The notes under the pieces: model-generated
Databases searched by the model: none
Told to the model about the DNA's origin: nothing
What the model saw: the letters and a program-made list of their open reading frames with translations, nothing else
Part shown: positions 13,080 through 26,640 of the stretch, in pieces
Numbering within the stretch: position 1 is the first letter of the stretch
Layout of the letters: every line of letters begins with the position of its first letter
NCBI RefSeq assembly: GCF_004010195.1
Contig: NC_057711.1
Coordinates: forward strand, 74,524,933-74,588,932
From: Chiloscyllium plagiosum
Taxonomy: Eukaryota
Reading direction: 5' to 3'
DNA: 64,000 nucleotides
Translations under genes and position numbers: made by a program

Positions 13080-14230
13080 AAAGTCACAGAACATTCACAG
13101 CACAGATGGAAGCCCTTCAGTTCATTGTGTCTGCACTGGTTCTCTGAATGAACAATTTACTTAGTGCCAGTCCCCTGCCTCCTTATACCCCTGCACATTC
13201 TTCATTGTCAGATTACAATCTAATTGCATTTTGAAGGTTGCAGTTGAACCTGCTTCTATCACACTTTCAGGTCTTGCATTCCAATTTTAACTATTAGTTG
13301 CATGAAAAAGTTTGTTTTTCTCATGCTTTAAATTTGTATCTTCTTGTTCTCAAACCAATACTTGAGAGGCAACAATTTCTCTCCATCTCTTCTGTTCATC
13401 CACTGCATGATGTGTACTTTATCAAAATCTCCAATCAGCCTTCTTTGTTCCATGAACAGCAGTTCAAACTTTTCCAATCTATCTTCATAGTGAAGCTCCT
13501 CATTCCTGGAACCATTCTCATGAATATTTTCTGCACTCTCTCCTTCACATCCTTCCCATAAAGTGAAGCTCAGAACTGAACATAATATTCCAGCTAAAGT
13601 AGAACCAGTGTTCTAAATATATTCAATATAACCTCTTTGCTTTTGTACTCCATGCCTCTAGTAATAAAGCTTGGGCTATATGCTTTATTAGATTGTTTTT
13701 CAACATCTCCTGCCACTTCCAATGATTTTTGTCCATTTATCCAGAGTTCCTTTGGCCCCTACACTCCCTTTAGAGCTGTGCCTTTTCATATTTTTATCTA
13801 TTTATTAAAGCTATACTGATCACTTTGTTTAAGTCACCCTAGTCTTCTCTTATACCTTTGTCTTCTATTTTATACTTGGTTTTACACAAGTAAACACAGT
13901 TTTAATTTCCAACTGTTACCCATGCATGAGTTTCCTATTGGTCTCCAAATTTCCTCCCCATAAATCAGATCAAGTAATGTGCAACAACATTGAGGAAACA
14001 CACAAGTGTTGCCAGTATTCCACTTTTTATTTAGTATCCCTGCTGTCTAAAAGTCTGAAACAATCTACTTTCATTGCTTGCTTTGTAAAGATGAAACTCC
14101 TGAACACAGCACTTTTTTTTTGTCATATTGCTCTTTTCCAATCAGATATTAAACTTCATCACTGTGATCATTATCCCAAAATGTTTTCTCACTGCAGTCT
14201 GTTCCAGTATTATTTAGTTCTTACTGTTTG
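13080..14230 (-). mobile_element. CR1 LINE fragments (antisense, old)
   Basis: Antisense CR1 3' tail and RT C-terminal sequence ('cagaactgaacataatattcca'). Confidence 0.7.
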
Positions 14231-14429
14231 AGAATATGAAATCTCACTGATATTGACAGAATAAAGAAAATAAAGTTCTTTAATGGCAATACTTATTCTT
14301 TGTTATTGATTTAACACCCTGACGGATTACATAATGCATTGAATGCTTTTGTTTGGCTGGAATGCCACCTTTCACTCCTTAAACCTGAGTTTATTCTAAT
14401 CCCCATTGAATGCTTACTCCATTTACTCA

Positions 14430-17135
14430 TTGCCACTGTGCTCATCAACCTGACTTGGTCACACAAATAGATATAAGAAGGTATGATATAGTTCGATTGC
14501 AGAGGCATGGCTGCAAGATGACCAGGATTGGGAATTGAATATCTGGGGTGCTCAGTTTTCTGGAGAGACAAACTAGTTAATGAGAAAATTAATACACTCG
14601 TGAGGAAGGATATTAAATCTACTGAAGTGATATGGGCGGAGCTCAGAAACACCCAGGAGCAGTAAATGATAGTGGAGATTGTATATTCAGCTCCAAACTG
14701 AAGTGATAATGTTGGCAAAGATATTAAGCAAGAAATATCCGTCACAAGTTATAAAGGTACAGCTGTAATATGGGTGAGTTTATCTGCGTTTAGATTGGTC
14801 AAATCAAATCAATAACAATATTGTACAGGAGCAATTCCTGGAGTATGTACAGGATGGTTTTCTGCCTCTATATGTTGAGGAACCAACTGGAGAACAGGCT
14901 GTCTTAGACTGGGCATTGCATAATGAGAAAGCAATAATTTACACTTTAGTTGTGTGAGCACCTTGGGGAAAAGTGACCACAATATGATGGAATTCTTCAT
15001 TAAGATGGAGAGCACTTGTTTCTGAGTCTCAGGTCCTGAATCTAAATAAAGGAAACTGTGAGATACAAACTGGCTATGTTAAACTGAGGACTGTAGCTTA
15101 AAGGAATGATGGAGAATAGGCAATGGCATGCGTTTAAAGAGCACATAGAGAAACTATAACAATTGTTCATTCCTGTCTGGTACAAATCAAAATGGGAAGG
15201 TTGGTCTGGGCGCAGCAAATAAAGGAAGTTAGATTTAGTATTAGATTCAAGGAAGGGGCATACAAGTTATTCAAAAATTCAGCACATCTGAGGACCAGGG
15301 GCAGTTCACATTCCAGCAAAGAATGTCAAAAGGATTAATTTAGAGGGGAAATAGAGTAAGATAGTAAGCTGCTGAGAAAGTACTAACTGATTGTAAAAGC
15401 TTCCATGGGTATATGAAGCGAAAAAAAATAAAGTGAAGACAAATATAGGTCCCTTACAGCCAGATACATTGTAAGTTGTAATGGTGAACAAAGAGATGAG
15501 AGACCAATTAGATGCATATTTTGGTTTTATCCTCACAAATAATGTCCCAAAAATGTTGGAAAACACCGGGTTTACTGAGAGAGTGGAATTGAAGGGAGTT
15601 GATGTTTGTAGGGAAATGCTATTAGGGCAATAGATGGGATTACAGGTAGATAGATCCCTGGTGCCTCATAATGTACACTGCAGAGTACTTAAGGAAGTCA
15701 CCTTAGATGTCCTGGATGTATTGATGGTTATCTTTCAAAATGCTATAGACTTTGGAACAATGTTTATAGTCTGGAGGCCAGTTAACGTAATTCATTATTT
15801 TAAAAAAAGAGGCAGAGAGAAAACAGGGAAGTATAAACTAGTTAGTGTGACATTGGCAGAGGAGAAAACACTGGAGATTATAAAGATTTAATAGCAGAGC
15901 ACTTGGAACACCATGACAGGATTGAACAGAGTCAGCATGGAGTTTTGAAAGGGAAATCATGCTTGGGAAAACTGCTGGATTTTTTTTCAAGATATAACTA
16001 GTAGAGTTGCTAAGGAGGATCCAGTGCATATGGGCTATTTGGACTTTCAGAAAGCTTAAGATAAGGTCCCACATAAGAGGTCAAAGGTAGTGCCCTGACA
16101 TGGACAGAAGACTGCTTTGCTGACAGTTGGTGGAAATGAGTATTTTTCCATGATTAGTGAGGTACCATAAGGATCAGTGCCTGGTCACTATCTATTCACA
16201 ACAAATATTAAATATTTAGACGAGGGAACTCAATGTGATATCTCCAAGTTTCAGGATGACAAAAAGTGGGATGGCAAGTGTGAGGAGATGCTTTCAGTGC
16301 GATTTGGACAAGTTGAGTCAGTGGGCAAATGCATTGCAGATGAAGTATAATGTGCATAAATATGAGGGTCTTCACTTTGGTAGCAAAAACAGGAAGGTAG
16401 ATTATTTTCTGAATGGCAACAAACTGAAAAAAGGGTGATGTAATGTGGTCTGCCTGTCCTGTACACCAAATGCTGAAAGTAAGGAATCTGGTGCAGCAGG
16501 TGGTGAAGGAGATAAATGGTACATTGACCTTTGTAACCTAAGGATTTGAGTACAGGAGCAGGGATGTCTTGTTGCAATTGTACAGGATCTTGGTGACGTT
16601 ACATCTGGAGTATTGTGTGCAGCTTATCTCCTTATCTGTAAAAGGATGTTCCAACTATAGAGGGAATTTTACGAAGGCTTACCAGACTGAGTCCTGGGTT
16701 GGCAGGATGATGTGAAAAGAGACTGGCTTAGTTAGGGCTATATTCACTGGAGTTTAGAAGAATGGAGTGTGGGGGATGTGGGAATCCCATAGAAACTTAT
16801 AAAGTGTAACAGGACTGGACAAGGTAAACCCAGGAAGGATGTTCCTGATGGCTGGGGAGTCTTGAGTTGGTGAATCACAATTTAAAGATACGAGTAGGTG
16901 AATTATGATTCTAATGACTAGAAATTTCTTCACCTAGACAGCAGTAAACCTGTGGAATTCTCTGCCACAGAAAAGAGTTGAGGCCAAAGCATTGATATAG
17001 TCCTTAGTATTAAAAGGATCAAAGGGTATGACAGAAGGCGGGAATAGGATATTGATCATATTGAACATATTGAGTGGTAGAGCAGGCTCAAAGGGCCGAA
17101 TGGCCTACACCTACTTCTGCTTTCTATGTTTCATT
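14430..17135 (+). mobile_element. CR1 LINE ORF2 (APE endonuclease to 3' end), decayed
   Basis: LGKSDHNM, VIFQNAIDFG..W..NV..FKK.GREKTGKYKLVSVT, QHG, LDFQKA*DKVPH, QMKYNVHKYE.LHFG and tail 'ggccgaatggcctacacctacttctgctttctatgttt'. Confidence 0.92.
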
Positions 17136-17319
17136 GACACCCGGCCTAGAAACGTCTTGATTTCAACTTTCCACCCTTATTCTCAAGTATTTCCATGGCT
17201 TTGACCTTCTTATCACCATTACTGTGTCACTTCTAAGTCTGCAACCCTTTGAGTTTTCTGTACTGCTTTGATTTTGGCTACCTAAACATCCTTAGTTTCT
17301 GATATTTTTTAACCCACCT

Positions 17320-17405
17320 GATCAGAGATGTTATTATACATCATTGGGACTTGAACCTTGGCCTCCTGGCTCAGAGCTAGGAACACGACCACTGCACCAC
17401 AATAA
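17320..17405 (-). mobile_element. tRNA-derived SINE head fragment
   Basis: Minus strand 'tgtggtgcagtggtcg..ggttcaagtccc' contains A and B boxes. Confidence 0.6.
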
Positions 17406-18399
17406 CCCGTCCCCAGTTTTAGACACTCCACCATTATTAACTATACTGTCACTTACTTTTGCTGAAATGCTTGAATTCCCATCTTATTTTGTCTTGTTTC
17501 TCAAGGTATGTTTATTCCTTTACGATGCTTTTGAAAATTTATTTCTTTGATGACATGTTTGGTTGCTTGTCCTAATATTTCATGTGCTTGGTGTTAAACG
17601 TTAATGGACAATGCTTCTGTGAGATAACTTGGGATGTTGAAGACTCTTTAGAAATTGGAGATTAATCAGCTTCTGATTTCCACACTTTCCAGATGTGAAG
17701 AGTGAAAGCACTTATGCTGAACTCAGTTTTGACCGCAATTTAAGAAGACCAAATTTTTTTTCACACAGGTTTACGTGTGAATAATACTGTCATTACATCG
17801 GATAACTCCATGATACACTAGTATATAAAGCACCTTAATCCTTTAATCCCTTTCCACTTGTTTTGCAACATTTCTACAATGTTCTCTTTAGATTCTCTGA
17901 AGCTTTTTTACCCACTTGTCCTGTATTGATTTCTCTTCTCATATTTCTGTCATATTTTCTTTTCTTTCACTTCAGATTTTTTTAGATCTTACTGAATTCA
18001 TGAACAAGTTGGAGTATCCAATGCTATTAAAGGTCCTCATAATTATTTGAAATAATTTGTCCTAATTTGTAACATTATAAAATAAAAACATTAATTCTTA
18101 TAAAGAGACTTTTGAAATGCAATCTGGGTAGGTTCCTTACAGGGATAGCTTAGCTTCCACTGAAAATTCAGTTGAACCATATTGGTTCAAAGGAGTCTTG
18201 GTAGTCTTGGTCACTGGGGAGTGAGAATCAGCATGTATGACAAGTTTTCATCAGTTTCTGAGCTTGAATGAACTAATACATTTATTGTAGATGACATCTG
18301 TACTAGCCTCAAATTAGTTTCATAACCAGGCTCAAAGGAACATTTTCCAAATGTAATAGACCTGTTTCTATTTTAGAACTTGCTGTGGGCGTTTTAATC

Positions 18400-20391
18400 T
18401 CTTATCACCTTCACTTAGGACGTATGCAACACGTCCAAGAAGAAAGTTTATCAGAACTTTGAGAAACTATAAAGGAAAGCCACGCTAGATGACAACCTAA
18501 CAAATTATGCCAGCAGCAATTAAATGGATTTCATTTTAGAATTTTTATTTTAGGATTTGAAATACTTTGACTGCTGTAGAGGTTTTGTGAAGCAGCTATA
18601 AAAGGATCAAGATGATTCATATATTATTGTATCATGAAAAGGTTGTTGAATTCAAAGACAATTCAAAAACAACACTCACCAACAATAGAGAATTTACTGG
18701 TGCACAACAATCGAAAGGTTATACCTAAGTTTTAATGCAAAGAGAAATTCTACAGACACAGTGTGGAGACTTCTAGGTATCATAAAGTGCAGAGCAAGAG
18801 TACAATGATAATGTGGTGACCACACGTATCAAAACAAACGTACAGGGTTATACTTCATCATGACAAACACATATCATGCACAGCCATGTGTCCACAGAGC
18901 CAATGTTTTCATTAAGATTTCACAAAAAGGATATGGGGACAGAATGGTAATAGATTTGTTTAATTTTAGAAAGAAGATGGATTTAATCATAATCAACAAT
19001 TATTCAAGACAGATTGAAAGGGAAGACTTCATCAAACCACAGAAGATTCATGATTAGAGTACTCAGAAAGATCTTTGCAATATATGGCTTCCCAGAAGAT
19101 CCAGAGTCAGACAGTAGACTTCAATTTATGAATGAGGATTTCAACAATATCATCTTTGAGTCGAGTGTTAATCAGGTGACAAGTTGTCCTCTCCATCCTT
19201 AGTTGAACAGAAAAGCCAAAGAGGCATTGAAGCCTGAGAAGTACCGATACATAAGAATCCAGACTAGGAATTATCTTTACTCAATTACAGAGTGACACTA
19301 ATGAATAATGGGTACTATAAATTAGAAGTGTTATTGGGAGGGAGTTTAAAAACAGATATATCAGTTTCAGAATGCAATCTGAAGCCAAACATATCTCTTG
19401 AGAACATAAGAAGACATGTGGGCGGCATGGTGGCATAGTGGTTAGCACTGCTGCCTCACAGCGCCAGAGACCCGGGTTCAATTCCCACCTCAGGCAACTG
19501 ACTGTGTGCAGTTTGCACGTTCTCCCCGTGGTGTCTGCGTGGGTTTCCTCCGGGTGCTCCAGTTTCCTCCCACAGTCCAAAGATGTGCAGGTCAGGTGAA
19601 TTGGCCATACTAAATTGCCTGTAGTGTTAGGTAAGGGGTAAATGCAAATATAGGGGTATAGGTGGGTTGCGCTTCGGCGGGTCGGTGTGGACTTGTTGGG
19701 CCAAAGGGCCTGTTTCCACACTGTAATGTAATGTAAAAAAAAACAACCAGACTTTTCTCATTCCTGGAGCAGTGTAGATAATGGCATGAAAGTTGGGAAA
19801 ATGATGCAAGAATTAAAAATTCAGAACTTGAACTTGAGAAAATACTTCTGATGTTTTACCCCCTTAATCTTTAAATGGCTACATCAGAATCTCACAGCTA
19901 AGCAATGTCTAACTTATTTCCGTCCAACGTACCCTGAAGAAAACTTGCTTTGATTTATGGTGATTAGGGACATTTATTATAATTGACAAATCTCTGACTC
20001 AAAATGGGAAAATTCATCCCTAAATAAAAATAAATAACTGGAATAGCATCGACCAAAGTAGAGAGAAACTGGCGGGGAGATGTGGTATAATGAGGCTTGT
20101 TTAAGTTATGATTCGAGATAAATTACTGCAGTATACAATGAGCATGTGAACAGAGAGGTCTTGTAAAGCAGCACTAGATAATGTGTTTGATAATCCACTG
20201 TGGACATTAAATAAAGGAATGTTGAGTGAAAGAGCCTTACTTAGTGATAAGGGGCAATCAGCCTGAGGGACAATGTATGTGTAGACATCTACAATCCCAG
20301 TTATCCAGACCAGTACCTCCACATCCAGTACTGGCATAAAGCACAAGATAAAACAGCTATCTCCCCACATTTGTTGTTAAATGTAGTAACA
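18400..20391 (+). mobile_element. Decayed Gypsy integrase region with 3' LTR (about 20081-20391), interrupted by an HE1 SINE
   Basis: LGIIKCRARVQ (Zn-binding domain), IDLFNFRKKMDLIIINNYSRQIE and VLRKIFAIYGFPEDPESDSRLQF..VTSCPLHP (rve core). Purine tract 'ggggaga' directly precedes TG at 20081, and the putative LTR ends '..gtaaca'. Confidence 0.8.
19417..19740 (+). mobile_element. HE1 SINE, full length
   Basis: 'gtgggcggcatggtggcatagtggttagcactgctgcctcacagcgccagagacccgggttcaattcc' tRNA head, central domain and (GTAAT)n tail. Confidence 0.95.
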
Positions 20392-21129
20392 TTGACATTG
20401 GGCAATGCTTTGCTATTCCTTATCTACTCATTTGGTGTATGAGCAGTATTCATTGATCATAATGCTGATAATAATTTAAAACAGATCCAATAACAAAAAA
20501 ATGAGCCAACTGAACAGTGAAGCTATCTTTTTCTTGTTTGTATGTTAGTGAGCTTGCATTTATTTTCAGAATTTTTATTTGTTGATTGAAGGTTCATGGC
20601 TGTCATGTTATTCTTTTTTTATCCTTGTTGAGGAGTTATAAAACTGGGTAATGAAGCTTATTATTTTATGCACTGAGTGGCGGATCAAATGCATCTACTC
20701 TTGAAATGATGCAGCTAAGATGAGAAGTAGGCCTTCCCTTCATTGTCATGTCCTATCCTGCCTTTACTTCAATTCCCAGATTAAGGCCACATATTGTGGC
20801 TCTGTTGCACCACTAAATTGAACCAGGAGGCAAAAAAATGGCCAAGTATCCACACTTTATACAAATCACTATGTCTCAAGGGGAGGTGGTGCAGGCAAGC
20901 ACATGTGTTCTGAAGCCAGCCAAAATGGGCAAATTATAGTGTGAGTCAGTTTGTGGCATAGGTTTGACATGTGACCTGCTTTTTTTTTCTACTTCTCTGG
21001 TCCTGTTAATGCCTTTCCTTAAATACATGCAGCTGGGTTCACTGATCCTTCACAGCATGTGTTAGAGGGATCACCATCTAACAAGTTGACAGTGGTTCTT
21101 TGAGGCAGAGGATAGCGGTGCTGAACATT

Positions 21130-21750
21130 TGGAAAACAATAAATGAGCCTTATCATGAATGGTGCAGCACAGCGGTTGGTGCTGGGTCTTCATATCTTTA
21201 CAATTTATCTAAAAGATTTAGATGAAGAACCTGAAAGTACAGTAGTTAAAATTGCTGAAGAAACAGAGATACATTGGAAAATCAGTGGTGAAGAAGACTC
21301 AAGGAGCCTACAAAAGGATCGTGAGAGGGCAAAGCTACAGCAAATGCAGAACAGGGTGGGAAAATGTTAAGCTGTCCATTTTGGTGTAAAGAATGAAAAA
21401 CAACATTATTTAAATGGTGAACATACCTCAGAGATACAGAGAGATTTGGGTGGCTTGGTGCATGAATCGTGGAAGGTTAGGATACAGCCGCAGTAAGTAA
21501 TCAGGAAAGCTAATAGAATGTTATGGCTTATTGTGAGGGAAATACAATGGAAGAGTAGACAGGTTACACTTCAGTTATACAGGGCATTGGTAAGACTGAT
21601 CTGGAATACTGGAATACTGCTCCTCGTATTGGTCACCATACTTACTGGAAGGATGTTCATTTATTGGAAGCAGTTCAGAAAAGGTTTACAATACCAATGC
21701 CTAGAATGAGCAGATTATCTTATGTGATAAGGTTAGACAGGTAAGGGAGG
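21130..21750 (+). mobile_element. CR1 LINE RT fragment
   Basis: LVLGLHIFTIYLKDLDE..VVKIAEET and LQLYRALVRL motifs. Confidence 0.85.
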
Positions 21751-22632
21751 GATATCAACAGTGAGGGTGGTAGGAAAGATTCGCTCTAACTGGCCTCCCA
21801 CCATGTTCCCCCTCATGATGGCAGGTTTACTTTTGTGTAGTCTGTATTTAATCAACTTCCAATTTTCCTTTTCAATAACTTCAAAAGAAAAGGTAATTAG
21901 GAACAATGTAGAATAGTCTGCTGATTCAATTGGAGCTTGTTTCCGATCACAGATGAAGGCCAATTTTAGCCCCTTAATTTCAGAAATTTGCTTGCTAAAG
22001 CTTCTAATTTGAAACAAAACTTGGGAAGGAATCTGAAATTAACATCATGGTTGAGAATTTTCTGCAGTAATAAAGACGAGATTGTCAATATTCAATGTAC
22101 CTGCAGTGTAAAACTGACACCTGTGGTCATTTGATCTTTTGAGCTTAATGCAACAAAAAGCAAAAAGTAATTGAAAAGAACAAAGGAATTCACTTTTCCA
22201 AGAGTCATGAAAAAGGCTTGCAATGTGAACTCGATCTATATTTCTGTATTTATCTTTACACTGCTTGCTTTGTGTGCCTAAGGTTGCCTTGTCTATTCAT
22301 CAACTCTGTTTGTGTTTTTGATGTTTGAAGTGTTGCTGCCTATTTAAAAACAAAATCGAGCTTTGAACAGATTTCCTTAGGTATTTAGCATTTTATATAA
22401 CTGATAACGAGCTCCTTAATTTGTTTATACGCCCAACACCAGGGCTTTCACCCTGTTTACATAAAATCTTTCATTCTAATTAGAATGAAAATTAGAATCT
22501 AAAATTAGAATTGCAATCATTACTTCACATTTTGAAAGGTGAGCATGTTAGTCAAGGGACATTTTTATTTCCAGTCATAAATTTAAAACTGCATGTAAGA
22601 TTACATATTTATCTCAGTTTTTTTCTTCATGA

Positions 22633-22887
22633 AGGAGCAAGTGAGGACTGCAGATGCTAGCGATCAGAGTCAAAGAGTGTGGTGCAGGAAAAGCACAGCC
22701 AGTCAGGCAGCATCTGAGGGGCAGGAGACTCGACACTTCAGGTATAAACCCTTCATCAGGAATGAGGAAGGGCTTATGCCTGAAACATCGATTCTCTTGC
22801 TCCTCGGATGCTGCCTGACCTGATGTGCTTTTTCAGCACCACACTCTCGACTCTGATCTCCTCCATCTGCGGTCCTCACTTTCTCCC
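22633..22887. mobile_element. Foldback (palindromic) PLE-terminus element, family A
   Basis: 'agtgaggactgcagatgct..ccttcatcaggaat' followed by its reverse complement '..gaagggcttatgcctgaaac..catctgcggtcctcactttctcc'. Both arms carry degenerate hammerhead cores. Confidence 0.85.
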
Positions 22888-23094
22888 ATTCTCAGTTAAG
22901 GACTATCCTGTCAAATCAGTCCTGGGATTTGATCACATGAATACATGGAGCTTTGGGCATTATGGATCAAGGGATTTTCCAAAGAAATGTGCATGAGGTC
23001 CTGGGGAAAGTGGGAACCTCAAGACTGGGCTTAATATTTCATTGTCACTGTATTATTGAGGAAATGATTATCGAGAAAGGAGCAAGTAAAAGTG

Positions 23095-23200
23095 AGGCTC
23101 TCAGGAATGACGAAGGGCTTATGCCTGAAACGTTGATTCTCCTGCTCCTCGGATGCTGCCTGACTGGCTATGCTTTTCCAGCGCCACACTCTTCAACTTC
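23095..23200 (+). mobile_element. PLE terminus fragment, family A
   Basis: 'atgacgaagggcttatgcctgaaacgttgattctcctgctcctcggatgctgcc'. Confidence 0.8.
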
Positions 23201-23288
23201 TATTTCTTCATACTTACCTTAGATCTGATGTGAGATACGTAATCAGAATATCCATTAATGCCATGCTGTTGCTAGTTCCAATGTCATT

Positions 23289-23416
23289 AGAGACAAAAAA
23301 AATACTGCAGATGCTGGATTCCACGGTAGACAAGCAAGGAGGCTGGAGGCTGGAAGAACACAGCAAGCCAGACAGCATCAGGAGGTGGAGAGTCAAGGTT
23401 TTGGATGTAACCCTTC
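23289..23416 (-). mobile_element. Short PLE terminus with perfect 13-bp TSD
   Basis: Flanked by ttccaatgtcatt at 23276-23288 and 23417-23429. Confidence 0.8.
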
Positions 23417-23457
23417 TTCCAATGTCATTTGCATTCCTAACAAGTCCTTTATACTAG

Positions 23458-23645
23458 AATTGAGAGTGTGGTGCTAGATAAACAAAGCAGATCATATAGC
23501 ATTCAAGGAGCAGGAGAATTAATGTTTCGGGCATAACCCCTTCATGAGGATTCTCCTGTCCCTCGGATGCTGCCTGACCTGCTGTACTTTTCCAGCACCA
23601 CCCTCTTGACTCTGATCTCCAGCATCTGCAGTCCTCACTTTCTCC
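23458..23645. mobile_element. Foldback PLE-terminus element, family A, with 17-bp TSD
   Basis: Inverted arms. Flanks caagtcctttatactag (23441-23457) and caagttatttatactag (23645-23661). Confidence 0.8.
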
Positions 23646-26109
23646 AAGTTATTTATACTAGCCAACCATGTTTGCCATAGCATTGTTATGATTATAGCCT
23701 TTCCTTCCCTCAGCCTGATTAGCTAGTCTTGACCAGCATGTGCAAGCCCAAAGAGTCAGCCCAAGACTGTCTGCTAATTTTTAGTTGATTAGGAATTCTT
23801 GATTTTATAAGATATGAATAAATGTTCATAATTTTTTTAAAAAGCTTTTGTTGCAGTTCAGAATGAAGAATGAAAATACATAGCACTGCCAACAGTAACA
23901 CATTGTGTTTCTTGAAAAGCTTTAGAGCCCTTCAATAAAATGTTGAAATATGTTAGAAGAAAGAAGAATAATCATGTCATACATGATATTAGTCTCTGAT
24001 TCCATCTGATTATAAACAGAGAAAGCCAGGTATCCTGAATATTGATTTTCATAGACTCACTGATTGATAATAAAGTCCTTGAATACAGCTTACCATGGAC
24101 TGACCTCGTATCTGAAAGCAAATGGGTTCCTTTGCACAATATTGCAACATTTCCAATTCAATACATAAAGCAAAGTGTAGCAGATTAATTTATCACCTGG
24201 CAGCGACAGTTTCAAAAGGGAGTTGCTGATCACTCTGAAGCTCTACTACAGCTAAGAGAGAAAGAATGAGAAAACTGCAGCAAGGTAAAGATACCAAGCA
24301 GCATGTGTCTGAGGTTTAAATCTTAAGCACCTGCTTTTTTTTGATGAAAGTAAGCATTAACTTTGAAGAGTCAATTGATAGAACATGGACTTCCTGTTAC
24401 TCAACTGTGTGTGGCATGAGAACCACATGGATGGAGTCAGTAGAAAAAATGATGTACTTTCATCAGTGTCTAGATGCAGGGAGCAACAAAGAAATTTCTA
24501 GTCTTTGAAAGTTCTCCATGATGAGATATGTTCCTTTGGATTTCAATGTTTCTTTATAAAACACCTTAGCAAACACTTCATTCTTAGTTTCATGAAACAT
24601 CACAGCAAGGTAACCAAGGTGTTACAGACTGATCATCAAAGATGTTCAAGACATGCCCCGTTACCCTTTAACAGAAAACAAACAACAATAAAAAGCTACC
24701 TGGCTAGAAGGATATAGACAATACAACATTAGATTGCTCAAGACTGATATTCTCCTTGATTGGGCCTGGTTGAGAGGTTTGTTTCTTTGTAAGACAAAAT
24801 TGTGAAGAGTGCAAGAATTATTCATTCATTCACGATACCAAAATCAGTCTGCACCACAATTCTTTTGATCCTATCCCTCCTCCTCCAAAGCCAATAAAGA
24901 CTGACTAGCAGAATGCATAATGGATCTTATTTTGATTTATTGTTCCCCCCCCCCCCCACCCCCCAACTAGCTCCTCTTCTACCAGCTGAGATGCAATGAT
25001 AAGAAACAGGGATACATGAAACAACACATGGAGTAGTGCTATTACTAAATAACACAGCCAAGCAGAAACACCTTTTAAGAAAAATGAACCCAGATGGTGA
25101 ACAGACTAACCATTGCAGTGCCTGATATAATAGACTTTGAGTTCCAATCATGTCTGAAAGGAGCTAAAGCCAAGGTGAAAAATAAGGATCTCATGACCAT
25201 GTTCTTTAGGCCATAATGAATCAGTGGACAAGCTGTCAGCACAACAGGAATTGTTCCACAGCATTATACAATATTGTGTACAGCAAGCGCACAATTAACC
25301 TTGGCCTGCTGCAGTTGTTGACAATTACATTTTCAGCCTCTGTATGCACGTTTCATAGCATCTATGTCTAAAGTGTATTTTCATTACTAACATTTGCAGT
25401 CAGTCGATTACAGATTTTTCTCTATTCCCACTTGTCAAAACTTCCCGGAAACACACATCTACAGAGTGAACAGAGGAGCTAACATTTTGGGTGTGGGCCT
25501 TTTGTCAAAATGGACTTTTTGTTTCAGCTCTCTAATGTCTTGCAGCTTTTCATTTACTTCATATTTTTAATACCTTGTGACTTAATTACTGCATTGGCTA
25601 TAGCAGTACTGGTGTTTCATAATGCATGTGGTTTACCTTCAGGAGCATGTGATATTACTCAATATCAAAATATGTAATAAAATAATACAGGGTTCTAAAA
25701 GTAGAATCATTTTGTGACTCAAATCAGTTGTTCTCATGTGCCTGTCTCTAATATTTCCAAAAGTGAATTAAAATCCAAAAGCGAAATGTCAAATATAAAC
25801 CATTAAACTGTTATATTTGACACTCAACAAACACATATAAAAAGCAAATCTTAAGTTTTTTTTGGCTAAGTTTGAGTTGCATTGCATTTTTTGCAAAGGT
25901 TTTTCTCCTTGAGGTCATTTCCCTCTTTTGCCAAACTTGACCCATTACCTACCATGCCCCATGGCACCCATTAGACTTGATTTCCTCCCCATCTTACCAA
26001 GCATCACTCCCATAACAACTCGCCCCTCGGCACATATCCCAGAATTCACTAGCATCCCTTGCCCTGCACCATCTGGACAAGCACAGTCAATCTGGAGCTG
26101 TCTTGCATG

Positions 26110-26640
26110 TTTCCTGCTATTTGCTGTGGATGCAACCTGCTGAATGGAGTGGTGCTGATGCAAGATTTCCTGCTCCCCAAGGAGCAGCAGTAGAGGTCAC
26201 AACACCAGATCATGCCAGCCTGATTAAAGCACTCTCAGCCATATGGAGGAATGCACCGCACTGTAGGAATGTCCTTTATCACTCTGTAAACATTAATGCC
26301 AACGTTACTTCTGATTCCTCACAGTATATCCCTAACAATGTATCCATTTCACAACAGGGATCATGTTTTACCACTCACTATTGCTTGTAATATTTTCTTC
26401 ACCTACCCCATCCCATTCCCCTACACCACTAATCCTGCATGGCCTCTGTGCTGCCTAATCACTCAGTTGGGATACCCCCCCCAACTGCAACAACAACAAT
26501 ACCTGTGTCACCCACTTTTACCTCCTGTAATACCCACCTCTTCCTCATTCCACAAGGAAAACAGCCCACAATAGGGCAGAAAGAGTCAAGATGGGCACCA
26601 TGTGCCTGTTATTCAGCTTCTGACCCTTATAAGGATGGGT
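26110..26640 (+). pseudogene. Harbinger ORF2 Myb/SANT-like remnant (two exons) within a probable element spanning about 25910-27475
   Basis: LLNGVVLMQDFLLPKEQQ*RSQHQIMPA* and LSAIWRNAPHCRN, then after a pyrimidine-rich intron-like stretch KTAHNRAERVKMG at about 26558. Confidence 0.7.

Noticed and set aside
19417..19500. tRNA gene
   Set aside because: The A and B boxes belong to an HE1 SINE head that continues into the SINE body. The same applies to the other copies.
24252..24284. 33-nt microexon (KRERMRKLQQ) between AG and GTAAAG
   Set aside because: Weak pyrimidine tract and no partner exons. Such matches are expected by chance.
25787..25822. 12-bp inverted repeat with a 12-nt loop
   Set aside because: AT-rich and isolated, with no further structure.
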